Origin: Patescibacteria group bacterium | GTDB taxonomy: Bacteria > Patescibacteriota > Microgenomatia > UBA8517 | Length of the DNA stretch: 64,000 nucleotides | NCBI GenBank assembly: GCA_041742135.1 | Contig: JBGSJG010000004.1 | Coordinates: 235,773-299,772 of the forward strand | Direction: 5' to 3' | In this document: positions 17,238 to 25,840 of the stretch, one piece after another | How positions within the stretch are numbered: position 1 is the stretch's first letter | Layout: every line of letters starts with the position of its first letter | Notes under the pieces: generated by a model | The model's input: the letters and a program-made list of their open reading frames with translations, nothing else | The model's database searches: none | Told to the model about the DNA's origin: nothing | Translations under genes and position numbers: made by a program

Positions 17238-17833
17238 CCTTAAAACATTACCAGCGTAACTTTAAAAAGTTTGGGGTGGACCCAAAAGCTTTGTCATGGG
17301 GGAGCCGTGGAGCGGCACACCAACGCTTTCGCCAGATGTGGGCAGAGATAGACTTTAATAATAAGTCAGTTTTGGATGTTGGCTGTGGCTTTGGTGAGAT
17401 GGCGAAGTTTCTTCACAAGCGCTATAAAAACGTAAAATACACTGGAGTAGACATTGTTCCTGAGTTCATAGAAGAAGCACGCAAAGCTCATCCTTATTAC
17501 AATTTTGAGACACGCGATTACTTTAATAACCCAATAAACGCGCAATTTGACGTCGTTATGGCCTCAGGAACATTGAATTCTTATCTGGGGGATAAGAATA
17601 TTTCGTTTAGAAAAAACGCAATTAAGGTGATGTTTGAGCATAGTAAAAAAGTTTGCGTTTTTAACATGCTAGGAGGGCACCCGGCACTCGAGACCCTCGA
17701 AGGCTCAAACGTTTGGTATGCTGATAGTTTAGAAATTTTAGATTACTGCATGAGCTTGACTCGCCGCGTAATCCTTCGAGCAAACTACCACCCGACAGAC
17801 TTTACAATTTTTATGTTTCCTGTTAAAAAGTAG
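17216..17833 (+). CDS. Class I SAM-dependent methyltransferase
   Basis: VLDVGCGFG, YTGVDI, FD.V.ASG. Confidence 0.9.
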   Translation: MVSQADLTLKHYQRNFKKFGVDPKALSWGSRGAAHQRFRQMWAEIDFNNKSVLDVGCGFGEMAKFLHKRYKNVKYTGVDIVPEFIEEARKAHPYYNFETRDYFNNPINAQFDVVMASGTLNSYLGDKNISFRKNAIKVMFEHSKKVCVFNMLGGHPALETLEGSNVWYADSLEILDYCMSLTRRVILRANYHPTDFTIFMFPVKK

Positions 17834-17835
17834 AC

Positions 17836-18489
17836 ATGGCAAAAGATGGTGAAGGCAGACCTGAACTCGAAGAACGTGTTGCTGTGGTTGACGCATGGTT
17901 TAAACATTTGGCAGAGAATCACGTAGCAGGTGAAATCGATCGCGAGGTGCTCCGTGAAGTCCTCGAATCGTGTGGGGCAAACTTCGACATTGAGCCGTCC
18001 GCGAAAGAAAAGCTGGGCAGAGAGCATTACTCTTCAAATGCTCTAAGAAAGTCTGTGGCTGCGGTCTGGGGAGATAAGTACGACAGATTTGTTAGTTGGG
18101 TGAAAGGATATGTCAATCAAATGCAAGACGAAGGGGATGAAGTCCCAGCTTTGGAATCGGGTAAAAAACACATTGGATTTACTGGACTGCTGGAGGAATT
18201 AACTGCTTATGCTGCAACTGACGAGGAAGAATTTAGCGCTACAGATTTTGCTACGCGAGTCACGGCACGAGCTTGGAATGGCTACATGAGATACGAGCTT
18301 GGAGACAAAAGGAAAGACGTTAGGATGCATATAATTGTCCCAGGATACAACACTGTAGTCTATGAATTTGATGGACAAGAGGGAGACACTCGGACTGGCG
18401 AAATGCCTTTTGCCTCGCTCGGTTTCCCACCTAAATTTGCAACAGCAGCTTGGGAAGAAATAACTTCTTGGGGCACTAAAAAACCCTGA
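17836..18489 (+). CDS. Hypothetical protein (orphan)
   Basis: 217 aa ORF, acidic, ends at a bidirectional terminator. Confidence 0.6.
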   Translation: MAKDGEGRPELEERVAVVDAWFKHLAENHVAGEIDREVLREVLESCGANFDIEPSAKEKLGREHYSSNALRKSVAAVWGDKYDRFVSWVKGYVNQMQDEGDEVPALESGKKHIGFTGLLEELTAYAATDEEEFSATDFATRVTARAWNGYMRYELGDKRKDVRMHIIVPGYNTVVYEFDGQEGDTRTGEMPFASLGFPPKFATAAWEEITSWGTKKP

Positions 18490-18504
18490 TTTTCATCAGG
18501 GTTT
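18481..18504. terminator. Bidirectional intrinsic terminator
   Basis: AAACCCTGAT-TTTC-ATCAGGGTTT perfect hairpin between convergent genes. Confidence 0.75.
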
Positions 18505-18523
18505 AATTAGCTTCGAAGCTAAA

Positions 18524-18937
18524 TTACTTAACTTCTACTGTTGCACCTGCGGCTTTAAGTTTCTCGGCTGCTTCTTTAACCTCTTCAGGTTTAGCATCTT
18601 TGAGAATTTCTGCCGGTAAGTTTTCAGTCATATCTTTTGCTTCTTTGAGTCCCCAATTTTGGTTGATCTCACGAAGAGCTTTGATGACTGCAATTTTCTG
18701 CTCACCTGCGGCGGTCATAACCAAATTTCCGCCACCTGCGGCTGCTTCGGGCTCTGCATCACCTGCGGCTGCTCCCGCTACTGGGGCTGCGGCGGCCACG
18801 GGCATCGCACTAACTCCGAATTTTTCTTGCAAAGCGGTAACTAGCTCTGAAAGTTCTAACACCGTAAGTGCTGAAACTTCCTCAACTAATTTTTCAACGT
18901 TTTTGCTTAATTTAATTTCCTTTGATTCATCTGCCAT
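18524..18937 (-). CDS. rplL: 50S ribosomal protein L7/L12
   Basis: LTVLELSELV..L.EKFGVSA, KIAVIK, GLKEAK, AGATVE; SD AAGGGGGTGA. Confidence 0.96.
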   Translation of the reverse strand: MADESKEIKLSKNVEKLVEEVSALTVLELSELVTALQEKFGVSAMPVAAAAPVAGAAAGDAEPEAAAGGGNLVMTAAGEQKIAVIKALREINQNWGLKEAKDMTENLPAEILKDAKPEEVKEAAEKLKAAGATVEVK

Positions 18938-18953
18938 CTGAAATCACCCCCCT

Positions 18954-19493
18954 TTAACTCGCTTTAATACGAGCTTGATCTAAAATAAAAACTAATTTCT
19001 GTAAATTTGCATTCAAGGTTCCCACCAAGCCATAAAGAGGCGAGGCGATTGCACCAATTGCATTTGCCTGAAGCTGGATTTTGGATGGCAACTGTGAAAT
19101 ACGAACAACTCCGTTTTGATCCTGATAAACGCCATCAACTACACCTGACTTAATTTTTGGAATTTCATTGTCTTTTGCAAACTTGCCGAGTACTTGGATT
19201 GAGGCAACTGCGTCTTCACCGGAGAGGACCATTGCTGTTTGGTTAACCAAAACATCAGGATTTTGAATTTCTTCTGGGAGTTTGGCTTCGGCTGCAGCGA
19301 GCTTGACCAAAGTATTTTTGGCTACGAAAAACTTTCCACCAACCTCACGGAGTTTGGCTTTAAAAGTATCTTGCATTTCCATTCCCATACCTGTGTAGTC
19401 CACAAACACTACAGATTTGGCCTCAGAAAGTTTATCGGCCAAGGTACTTACGTAGTCCTTTTTGTCTTGTTTGATTGTTGCTTTAGGTGTCAT
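18954..19493 (-). CDS. rplJ: 50S ribosomal protein L10
   Basis: VDY.G, V.KNTL, LPS motifs; upstream of rplL; ATG at 19493. Confidence 0.93.
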   Translation of the reverse strand: MTPKATIKQDKKDYVSTLADKLSEAKSVVFVDYTGMGMEMQDTFKAKLREVGGKFFVAKNTLVKLAAAEAKLPEEIQNPDVLVNQTAMVLSGEDAVASIQVLGKFAKDNEIPKIKSGVVDGVYQDQNGVVRISQLPSKIQLQANAIGAIASPLYGLVGTLNANLQKLVFILDQARIKAS

Positions 19494-19496
19494 TTT

Positions 19497-19578
19497 TTCA
19501 AAAAAAATCCTCGCCAAAGCGAGGTTAAAGTAATATTACCTCGGAAGGACTTACCTTTATGCCTTCTGTCTTTGGTGT
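19497..19578 (-). promoter_or_regulatory. L10 leader (attenuator) of rplJL
   Basis: AAGACAGAAGG...CCTTCCGAGG followed by CCTCGC-TTTG-GCGAGG-ATTTTTTT terminator; TATAAT at 19588-19583. Confidence 0.8.
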
Positions 19579-19667
19579 TTGAATTATAACTGATTTGCCT
19601 TAAAATGCAAATACGAGGCAATTTCCAAAATGCCAATACCTTTCGCCACGTCCACTTTTATTCCAGT

Positions 19668-20422
19668 TTACTGAAATATCTTTCGTATTTTTACTTCTTG
19701 GTACAGGAAGTAGCCCAGAAGTGTTCCAGATAAGGAGAGCGAAAATATAGAGAAATAAAGACCCATTGTCCCCAATCGGGTAAACGAAAATATAAAACCA
19801 GACAAAAGCAAATAAATTGATGATAAAAATAAACTGGTCACGAGCTGGTATGGATATGTCCTATTATATATTTGTGCAACTGCAAAAATGATACCCACTG
19901 GTATTGCAGAGAGGGAGATTGGAAGATTAGTTAATAGTTCAAACGTCGAAAGTAATTCTAATAGAGCTAGGCTGAAAAGGGCAGATATATACCCGGAGTA
20001 TATTAAGAAATGGCTAATCGGACTATGAAATAAGTGAGTGGCTATAAATTGTGTTTTAAACGCAGTAACCCTTCGCAGATTTGGTAAGGTAAATGCTTCG
20101 AGGACAACAGATGTTATGTAAATGCCGCTCCCGTAGCAGGTCAATCCTGTGACAAGTAAAAAAAATGAAGAAATTAATATAGAAATTGAAGCAGCTGGAA
20201 ATTTAAAATGCAAGATGCTGATAAACATAATTTGAAACAGCATGTATACAGCTGAAATAAGAAAGATATTGGCAAGAGTTAAAATCATAACTCGCCGTTG
20301 AGAAAACCCTCCCTCGCCATTTACTTGATGCTTCACTGTTTTGTTGCGAAAGTAAATATAAAGCGAGTTCCTATGAGTGTACCTAAAGATAAAATTAAAA
20401 GTACACGCTCGTGAATCAACAT
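19668..20422 (-). CDS. AT-rich multi-TM membrane protein, apparently frameshifted near 20367
   Basis: ATG 20422 gives MLIHERVLLILSLGTLIGT, which joins the long hydrophobic ORF if one base is added. Confidence 0.55.
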
Positions 20423-20466
20423 ATACCTTATTTAAGCATGAAATGCTTTTGATCGTAAGAAGGTGT

Positions 20467-21222
20467 TTACTCAACAACCAGCTTCACAGAAGGGCCCATC
20501 GTGGCTTTTACGTACGCTTTGACGATTTGCTTTCGATTAATTGCATCCAAAAGCGCATTCAGGTTTTCAGTAAGTTCGCTGTCCTTCATGCTCAATTTGC
20601 CAACAACTGTGTGAATTAATGGAGCTGATTTTTCGGTTTTGATAGTGACTTTGCTTACATTAAATTTCGCGGCGTCTTTTTTGTCTTTGATAACAGTTCC
20701 GTTTTTGGGATTAGGCATAAGGCCGCGGGGACCCAAGACTCGGGCGTAGGAAACTAACTTTGGCATCATCTCAGCTGTAGCCAAAAGGATATCAAAATCA
20801 ATCTTTCCACTTTCAAGTTTTTTGATTGTGTTTTCATCCGCCACTTCAACAACTTTAATTCTGCCTGCTTGATGGGGAAGCTCGACGTTTACTGCGAGGC
20901 CTTCTTTTCGGACAACCAAATGTAGCTCAAGTGTTCCATCAAAACTTGATAGGGAAGTCTCGCGAGCTAAAGTAATAGCTTGGCTAATCTGGTAAAGCTT
21001 GGCGTGGTCAACTTTGGCTTTTGCCTCAAGATAATTTTTGCTACGTACTCTTGCTTTTTTGAGCTTTTTTGCGGCTTCAGACTCAGAAATGACTGGAGTT
21101 GCATCGATCATGGCTACACGCTCTCCGCCTTTTTGGCCGGCAACATGAATTTTCTCTTTTTTCTCTTTCTTTTCTTTTTTGGCGTCTAGGTCACCAATGA
21201 ATGCTGTTTTAGTTTTTCCCAT
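20467..21222 (-). CDS. rplA: 50S ribosomal protein L1
   Basis: FD.T.E, LPH..G, LGPRGLMPNPKNGTV, TMGPS. Confidence 0.96.
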   Translation of the reverse strand: MGKTKTAFIGDLDAKKEKKEKKEKIHVAGQKGGERVAMIDATPVISESEAAKKLKKARVRSKNYLEAKAKVDHAKLYQISQAITLARETSLSSFDGTLELHLVVRKEGLAVNVELPHQAGRIKVVEVADENTIKKLESGKIDFDILLATAEMMPKLVSYARVLGPRGLMPNPKNGTVIKDKKDAAKFNVSKVTIKTEKSAPLIHTVVGKLSMKDSELTENLNALLDAINRKQIVKAYVKATMGPSVKLVVE

Positions 21223-21223
21223 A

Positions 21224-21649
21224 TTATTGTTCTACTTCCACTCCCATTGAGCGAGCTGTTCCTGCCACTATTTTCATCGCCGCTTCGACGTCATTTGCAT
21301 TCAAATCAGTCATTTTTTCTTTGGCAATTTCTTCGAGTTGGGTGCGAGAAAGCTTACCCACCTTGTCACGGTTCGGTACACCAGATCCTTTGGCCAAGTT
21401 AATTTTCTTTTTAATCATTTCAGAAACTGGAGGAGATTTAAGCTCAAAATCAAACGAGCGGTCTTGATAGATGGTAATGACAGCTGGAATAATCTGACCT
21501 TTTTTGTCAGCGGATTTTTCGTTGTAGGCTTTGACAAATTCCATAATAGCCACACCGTGTTGGCCTAAAATGGGTCCCAAGGGAGGTGCAGGAGTTGCTT
21601 CACCTGCAGGAAGGAGTACTTTTACTTTTGCTTTAATTACTTTTGCCAT
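21224..21649 (-). CDS. rplK: 50S ribosomal protein L11
   Basis: [23 protein letters not shown]. Confidence 0.97.
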   Translation of the reverse strand: MAKVIKAKVKVLLPAGEATPAPPLGPILGQHGVAIMEFVKAYNEKSADKKGQIIPAVITIYQDRSFDFELKSPPVSEMIKKKINLAKGSGVPNRDKVGKLSRTQLEEIAKEKMTDLNANDVEAAMKIVAGTARSMGVEVEQ

Positions 21650-21731
21650 ATCGATTTATAAATCTCCCTCAAGAAACTCGAAGTTAAGTGAGGTGAAAGT
21701 ATTATAGCTGATTTGGCCAGTAAATCAAACC

Positions 21732-22370
21732 CTATTCTCGTGATTTACTTAAGCTGCGAACCAAATTTGCAAGTTCACTGGAAAAGTTGTTTAGCACCAC
21801 TCTTTTATCATCTTTTGGCATAGTATCCCACGGGCTAGATGTTTCTGGTATTTTAACCTTTTTACCATCCTGATCTTCCATTTCGACAAACCTGCCAGTG
21901 GGTTTGTGAGCGAAATTCGCGTCGTAAATTGATGCTAGTTGGTTTATGTGATCATTATTCTCAACAAACATTGACAGCATATCTATGCCAGAATATGCCT
22001 CGGTAATCGAGCTGGCTTTAGCCTTGTTTTGACCCAAGTATGACTTAAATTGTCTTCCAGCTTGAGATCCATATTTTTCCTGTAGTTCTTTTTCGTTTCG
22101 CTTTACCCAATCTCTTCTTGCGTCATGATTTGGAAAGTCATCTAAAATTATAGGTTTTTCTAGATAATCTACCACGGAGTTCATGACGTCAACTGCGGTC
22201 GGCAACAAATCTTCGGGAATGCTTGTTGAGCTAAAATCAAACTTCCTAGAGACGCCGTACGATACAGCAGGTGTAACTTCAAAACCCGGAGCAGATTTAA
22301 GTGCTAGCTCTATGGCTATTTGCTCTTCGCTTGGTTGAGCATCGGGAGGGGTAGGTATGTCATCTGACAT
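21732..22370 (-). CDS. Hypothetical protein (orphan) between nusG and rplK
   Basis: 212 aa ORF starting 7 bp after the nusG stop. Confidence 0.65.
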   Translation of the reverse strand: MSDDIPTPPDAQPSEEQIAIELALKSAPGFEVTPAVSYGVSRKFDFSSTSIPEDLLPTAVDVMNSVVDYLEKPIILDDFPNHDARRDWVKRNEKELQEKYGSQAGRQFKSYLGQNKAKASSITEAYSGIDMLSMFVENNDHINQLASIYDANFAHKPTGRFVEMEDQDGKKVKIPETSSPWDTMPKDDKRVVLNNFSSELANLVRSLSKSRE

Positions 22371-22376
22371 AGCTAA

Positions 22377-23006
22377 TTAAACCTTTTGTACCTGAAGAAA
22401 GTCAAGCTCTACTGGAGTTTCTCGGCCAAAGATACTGACCAAGACTTTTACTTTTCCTTTTGTTTCATCTACTTCATTAATTGTTCCCAAGAAATCACTG
22501 AAAGGTCCGTCTGTAATTTTGACAGCTTCGCCAACTGACAATTTTGTTTTAAATCTTGGAGCCGGGGAGCTTATAAATTTCTGGATGTTACTAACTTCAA
22601 GCTCGGAAAGGGGAGTTGGTTTATCGCCAATACCCACGAAGCCTGTGATTCCCGGAGTTGTACGCACAGCGAGCCAAGTATTATCATCCAAAAGCATTTT
22701 AATTAACATGTAGCCGGGGAAAATCTTTTCTTTGATCGTGGCTTTTTTGCCTCCACGAACGATGATTTTGTCTTGGGTTGGAACCAAAAGCTCAAAAACA
22801 CGCTCGGTGAGGCCCATGGTTTCCACCCTTTGGCGCAAAGTTTCAGACACACGAGCTTCGTGGCCACTTATTGTGTGGACCACAAACCACTTGGCGTTTT
22901 CATCAAAATTTTTATTGATGATGATGTGGCCGGGAATTTTTTTCTTGCCCATGCCTTTTTCATCAACGCCTTCAGGCTTTTCTGTGTTATGTATGTTTTT
23001 GTCCAT
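22377..23006 (-). CDS. nusG: Transcription termination/antitermination factor NusG
   Basis: [36 protein letters not shown]. Confidence 0.97.
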   Translation of the reverse strand: MDKNIHNTEKPEGVDEKGMGKKKIPGHIIINKNFDENAKWFVVHTISGHEARVSETLRQRVETMGLTERVFELLVPTQDKIIVRGGKKATIKEKIFPGYMLIKMLLDDNTWLAVRTTPGITGFVGIGDKPTPLSELEVSNIQKFISSPAPRFKTKLSVGEAVKITDGPFSDFLGTINEVDETKGKVKVLVSIFGRETPVELDFLQVQKV

Positions 23007-23019
23007 ATTTTAGGGCTGC

Positions 23020-23205
23020 TTAGCGCGACAAGAGCAATTCTAATGCACGAGCGAACGTATAGTCAAGCGCACCGACATAAGCACTCACCAAAATCGAAAT
23101 TGCAACCACAGTGCCTGTGAGCTTTAGCACCTCTGCACGCTTCGGCCAAACTACTTTTAAGAGCTCTTCACGTACACCGCGAAAATAACTAGTTACCGCG
23201 TTCAT
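23020..23205 (-). CDS. secE: Preprotein translocase subunit SecE
   Basis: EL.KV.WP motif plus one TM; upstream of nusG. Confidence 0.93.
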   Translation of the reverse strand: MNAVTSYFRGVREELLKVVWPKRAEVLKLTGTVVAISILVSAYVGALDYTFARALELLLSR

Positions 23206-23280
23206 CTGAATGAGGGTATTTTAACATAGTGGTTGTGCAAATCCAACATCATAAGATATTTGCTGTGATAATATATATTT

Positions 23281-24390
23281 ATGTCTGAAACTGGGTTGGA
23301 AGAAGCTATGGGGATGCGGTCCGCTGAAACAGTGCTTGTACCGGAAAATCCGTCACCTTTGGCAATTAATGCCTTAAATTCTGTTTATTACGGATCATGT
23401 CCTGAGGCTTTCGATGGTGGCGGTGTGGCAACTTTCTACAATCGCCCTGAAATACAAACCGCTATAGCCAGAACCATTGAAGAAAAGGCTGGTCGTGGTG
23501 ATGCTATCCGCGTTAAGGAAATTATGGCCGGGAGTAACACTGACAAGGTGCGCGCATTGGCTCAGGGATTTAGCTCAGACAGTAACGTAGAAATTGTTGT
23601 AACTGATTTCTCTACTAATTCCTTGCCGACAGTTGACAATATTCCGAATTTGAACGTTACAGTTCGAGGTGAGCAGTTGAATATTTTTTCTCCTTTACCT
23701 GAACTTCCACCCGAGCAGCGGGTAGACGCAATGATTGCGTCCTATGGATTTGACAGTGTATGGTTGCCAGGAGATACGAGATTGGTTAAGCGTTCAGGTA
23801 CATGGTACCAATCCAATTACCAAATTGAAGTTCCAGTGGATGACCCAGATCTTGTTAATGCCATTCGTTCTGGTTCATCGGCCAGCGAGATCTCGTTGAG
23901 CCGTTTTGCAGGCGTAGGCGTTGTTGAGACAGAATCCCCAGTTGAAATTTCTTCTGTGCCTTTCGGAGCTGAGGTTGAGGCAAGATACGATGTAGCCAGA
24001 AATCGGCATAGCGTGCCTTACGTTAACATCCCCGGTGGATTAATATCTAAAGTCCAAGAAGCGTTTGACACTCAACTGAAGCCCGACGGCATTTTTATTA
24101 TTGGTGACACAGCGGTTGATGACCCCCGAGGCTTTGAGGGTTTTAGCCCTGAGACAGGTGACTTTTCTGCACCGAAGGTTATGGGCATCGAGCCGACGGG
24201 TATGGTTGCTAGGTATAAAACAGAAGATTGGGGCGTCGCTCGCGAGGTTTTGGAAAACAAAGGATTTGCAGTAGAAGTCCAAACTGTTAATGAGTTTACC
24301 GCTAGTGCTGGGGTCGCCATGGAGAGAGTCCCTGCTAGTCAAAAAATTATGATTATCTCAAAGAATCAATCAAACACACGCCAGTCTTAA
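23281..24390 (+). CDS. Orphan with divergent SAM-methyltransferase-like features
   Basis: V.EIMAG, VVTDFS, VDA.IASY.FDS, LKPDG.FIIGD. Confidence 0.5.
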   Translation: MSETGLEEAMGMRSAETVLVPENPSPLAINALNSVYYGSCPEAFDGGGVATFYNRPEIQTAIARTIEEKAGRGDAIRVKEIMAGSNTDKVRALAQGFSSDSNVEIVVTDFSTNSLPTVDNIPNLNVTVRGEQLNIFSPLPELPPEQRVDAMIASYGFDSVWLPGDTRLVKRSGTWYQSNYQIEVPVDDPDLVNAIRSGSSASEISLSRFAGVGVVETESPVEISSVPFGAEVEARYDVARNRHSVPYVNIPGGLISKVQEAFDTQLKPDGIFIIGDTAVDDPRGFEGFSPETGDFSAPKVMGIEPTGMVARYKTEDWGVAREVLENKGFAVEVQTVNEFTASAGVAMERVPASQKIMIISKNQSNTRQS

Positions 24391-24536
24391 GCCTAAAAAC
24401 GGCTTTTGGGACGAAGGCCTTCAGTTTGCAGCTGGTACATATGAAGTGGGAAGGGGAGTTTTGGCAGGGCCAGTTGTGGTGGGTTGGGACTACCTGTGAA
24501 TTACTATAAAAGGATAATTTATGGTAAAATGACACG

Positions 24537-24833
24537 ATGAGTGAAGGACAAGATCAAAATCCAAATTCAGGTTGGGAAAATTACAATGGCCCAGACAGGC
24601 CGTTATCTGAACCTGTTTCGTCTGCCCAGAGTCAAGGTGACCAACAGCAAGAAAGGCCTTGGGGTGGAAGGCACAACAATTTAACAGCAAGAATAGCCAG
24701 CGATGAACAGACACAATCAGTGCCGTTGGCTGAAGTTCCAATCGGACCAGTAAGGAGAATGCCCGGTGACAGGGGGGTTGGGGATGATGTTCTTAAAGCA
24801 GTTGAGGGTTTTGACCCAGATACTTTCGAATAG
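24537..24833 (+). CDS. Small acidic, low-complexity hypothetical protein
   Basis: ATG 6 nt after TGGTAAAAT; ends 3 bp before rnhB. Confidence 0.6.
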   Translation: MSEGQDQNPNSGWENYNGPDRPLSEPVSSAQSQGDQQQERPWGGRHNNLTARIASDEQTQSVPLAEVPIGPVRRMPGDRGVGDDVLKAVEGFDPDTFE

Positions 24834-24836
24834 GCT

Positions 24837-25532
24837 ATGCAGCCTAACTTCACTTTTGAATCCTCATTTTGGAATAAATCTTTAAATATTATCGCGGGGG
24901 CAGATGAAGTGGGTAGAGGTGCCTTGGCAGGGCCAGTTGTGGCAGCGGCAGTTGTCTTTGATCCATCGTCGTTCTCGTTTTCCTCGGGGCCCTTCCAGGG
25001 CAGCCAGAAAACTGCGAGCGACTGGATGGATCAAATTGTAATCCGAGACTCCAAGAAAATGACCGCAAGGCAGAGAGAAATTTCTTCAGTTTGGATAAAA
25101 GAGAACGCTCGGGCATTTGGAATTGGAGAGGCGAGTGTGAATGAAATAAATACGCTTGGAATCGTAGGTGCGACTAATCGAGCTTATAGGCGTGCAATAG
25201 CTAAAATGAGTTGTAAAATTGATCATTTAATTGTTGACGCATTTTATGTGCCGCGCCTTCCGGGACTTCCAAAAAAGAACCAAACAGCTATTGTCCGAGG
25301 AGATAGTTTAATCTTCTCAATTTCAGCAGCTTCGATAATTGCAAAAGTTTACCGTGATAACCTGATGTGCGAGCTTTCAGAAAGATTCACAAGTTATCTT
25401 TGGGATAAAAATAAAGGTTATGGGACAGCAGAGCACACAAAAGCAATCCAGAGTATTGGAACTTGCAAACACCACAGGAGAGACTTTGTAAAAATGAGCC
25501 TACGGCTTAAGCCTTTTGCTTTTCGAGAGTAA
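24837..25532 (+). CDS. rnhB: Ribonuclease HII with in-frame palindromic insertion
   Basis: GADEVGRGALAGPVVAAAV, DSKK, GD...SISAASIIAKV.RD, KGYGT..H. Confidence 0.95.
   Translation: MQPNFTFESSFWNKSLNIIAGADEVGRGALAGPVVAAAVVFDPSSFSFSSGPFQGSQKTASDWMDQIVIRDSKKMTARQREISSVWIKENARAFGIGEASVNEINTLGIVGATNRAYRRAIAKMSCKIDHLIVDAFYVPRLPGLPKKNQTAIVRGDSLIFSISAASIIAKVYRDNLMCELSERFTSYLWDKNKGYGTAEHTKAIQSIGTCKHHRRDFVKMSLRLKPFAFRE
24957..25035. repeat. Structured palindromic element, copy B (inside rnhB)
   Basis: 11-bp outer stem TTTGATCCATC/GATGGATCAAA enclosing the same core as 805-865. Confidence 0.75.
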
Positions 25533-25698
25533 TCAAATGCCTGATTCTGTACTTTTTCTCTTTGCGTTTTTCGGAATTACTTTTAAAGCGCTCGCGCTCG
25601 CGATACTCCAAAAGTAGCCCGCTTGAAAGAACTTTTTTACGAAATCTTGCAATAAGCTTGTCATCACTCTCGCCTTTTAGTTTTTTAACTGAAACCAT
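25507..25698 (-). CDS. rpsU: 30S ribosomal protein S21
   Basis: GES.D.LI.RF.KKV..SG.L.E.R.RE.F...SEKR. Confidence 0.88.
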   Translation of the reverse strand: MVSVKKLKGESDDKLIARFRKKVLSSGLLLEYRERERFKSNSEKRKEKKYRIRHLITLEKQKA

Positions 25699-25713
25699 AA
25701 TAAAAAAATCGCC

Positions 25714-25738
25714 CCCCTTCGCTGAAGCTTCGGAGGGG
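25714..25738. repeat. REP-like palindrome in the rpsU leader
   Basis: CCCCTTCG-CTGAAGCTT-CGGAGGGG imperfect inverted repeat. Confidence 0.5.
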
Positions 25739-25840
25739 TAAACCTCCTTGGCTTACTCATAATAGAGTTGCCGCAATTATATCATAATTCTTAGGATTTC
25801 TGGACTATCAAAAGTGTGATATAGTTTGTTTGTGAAAGCC

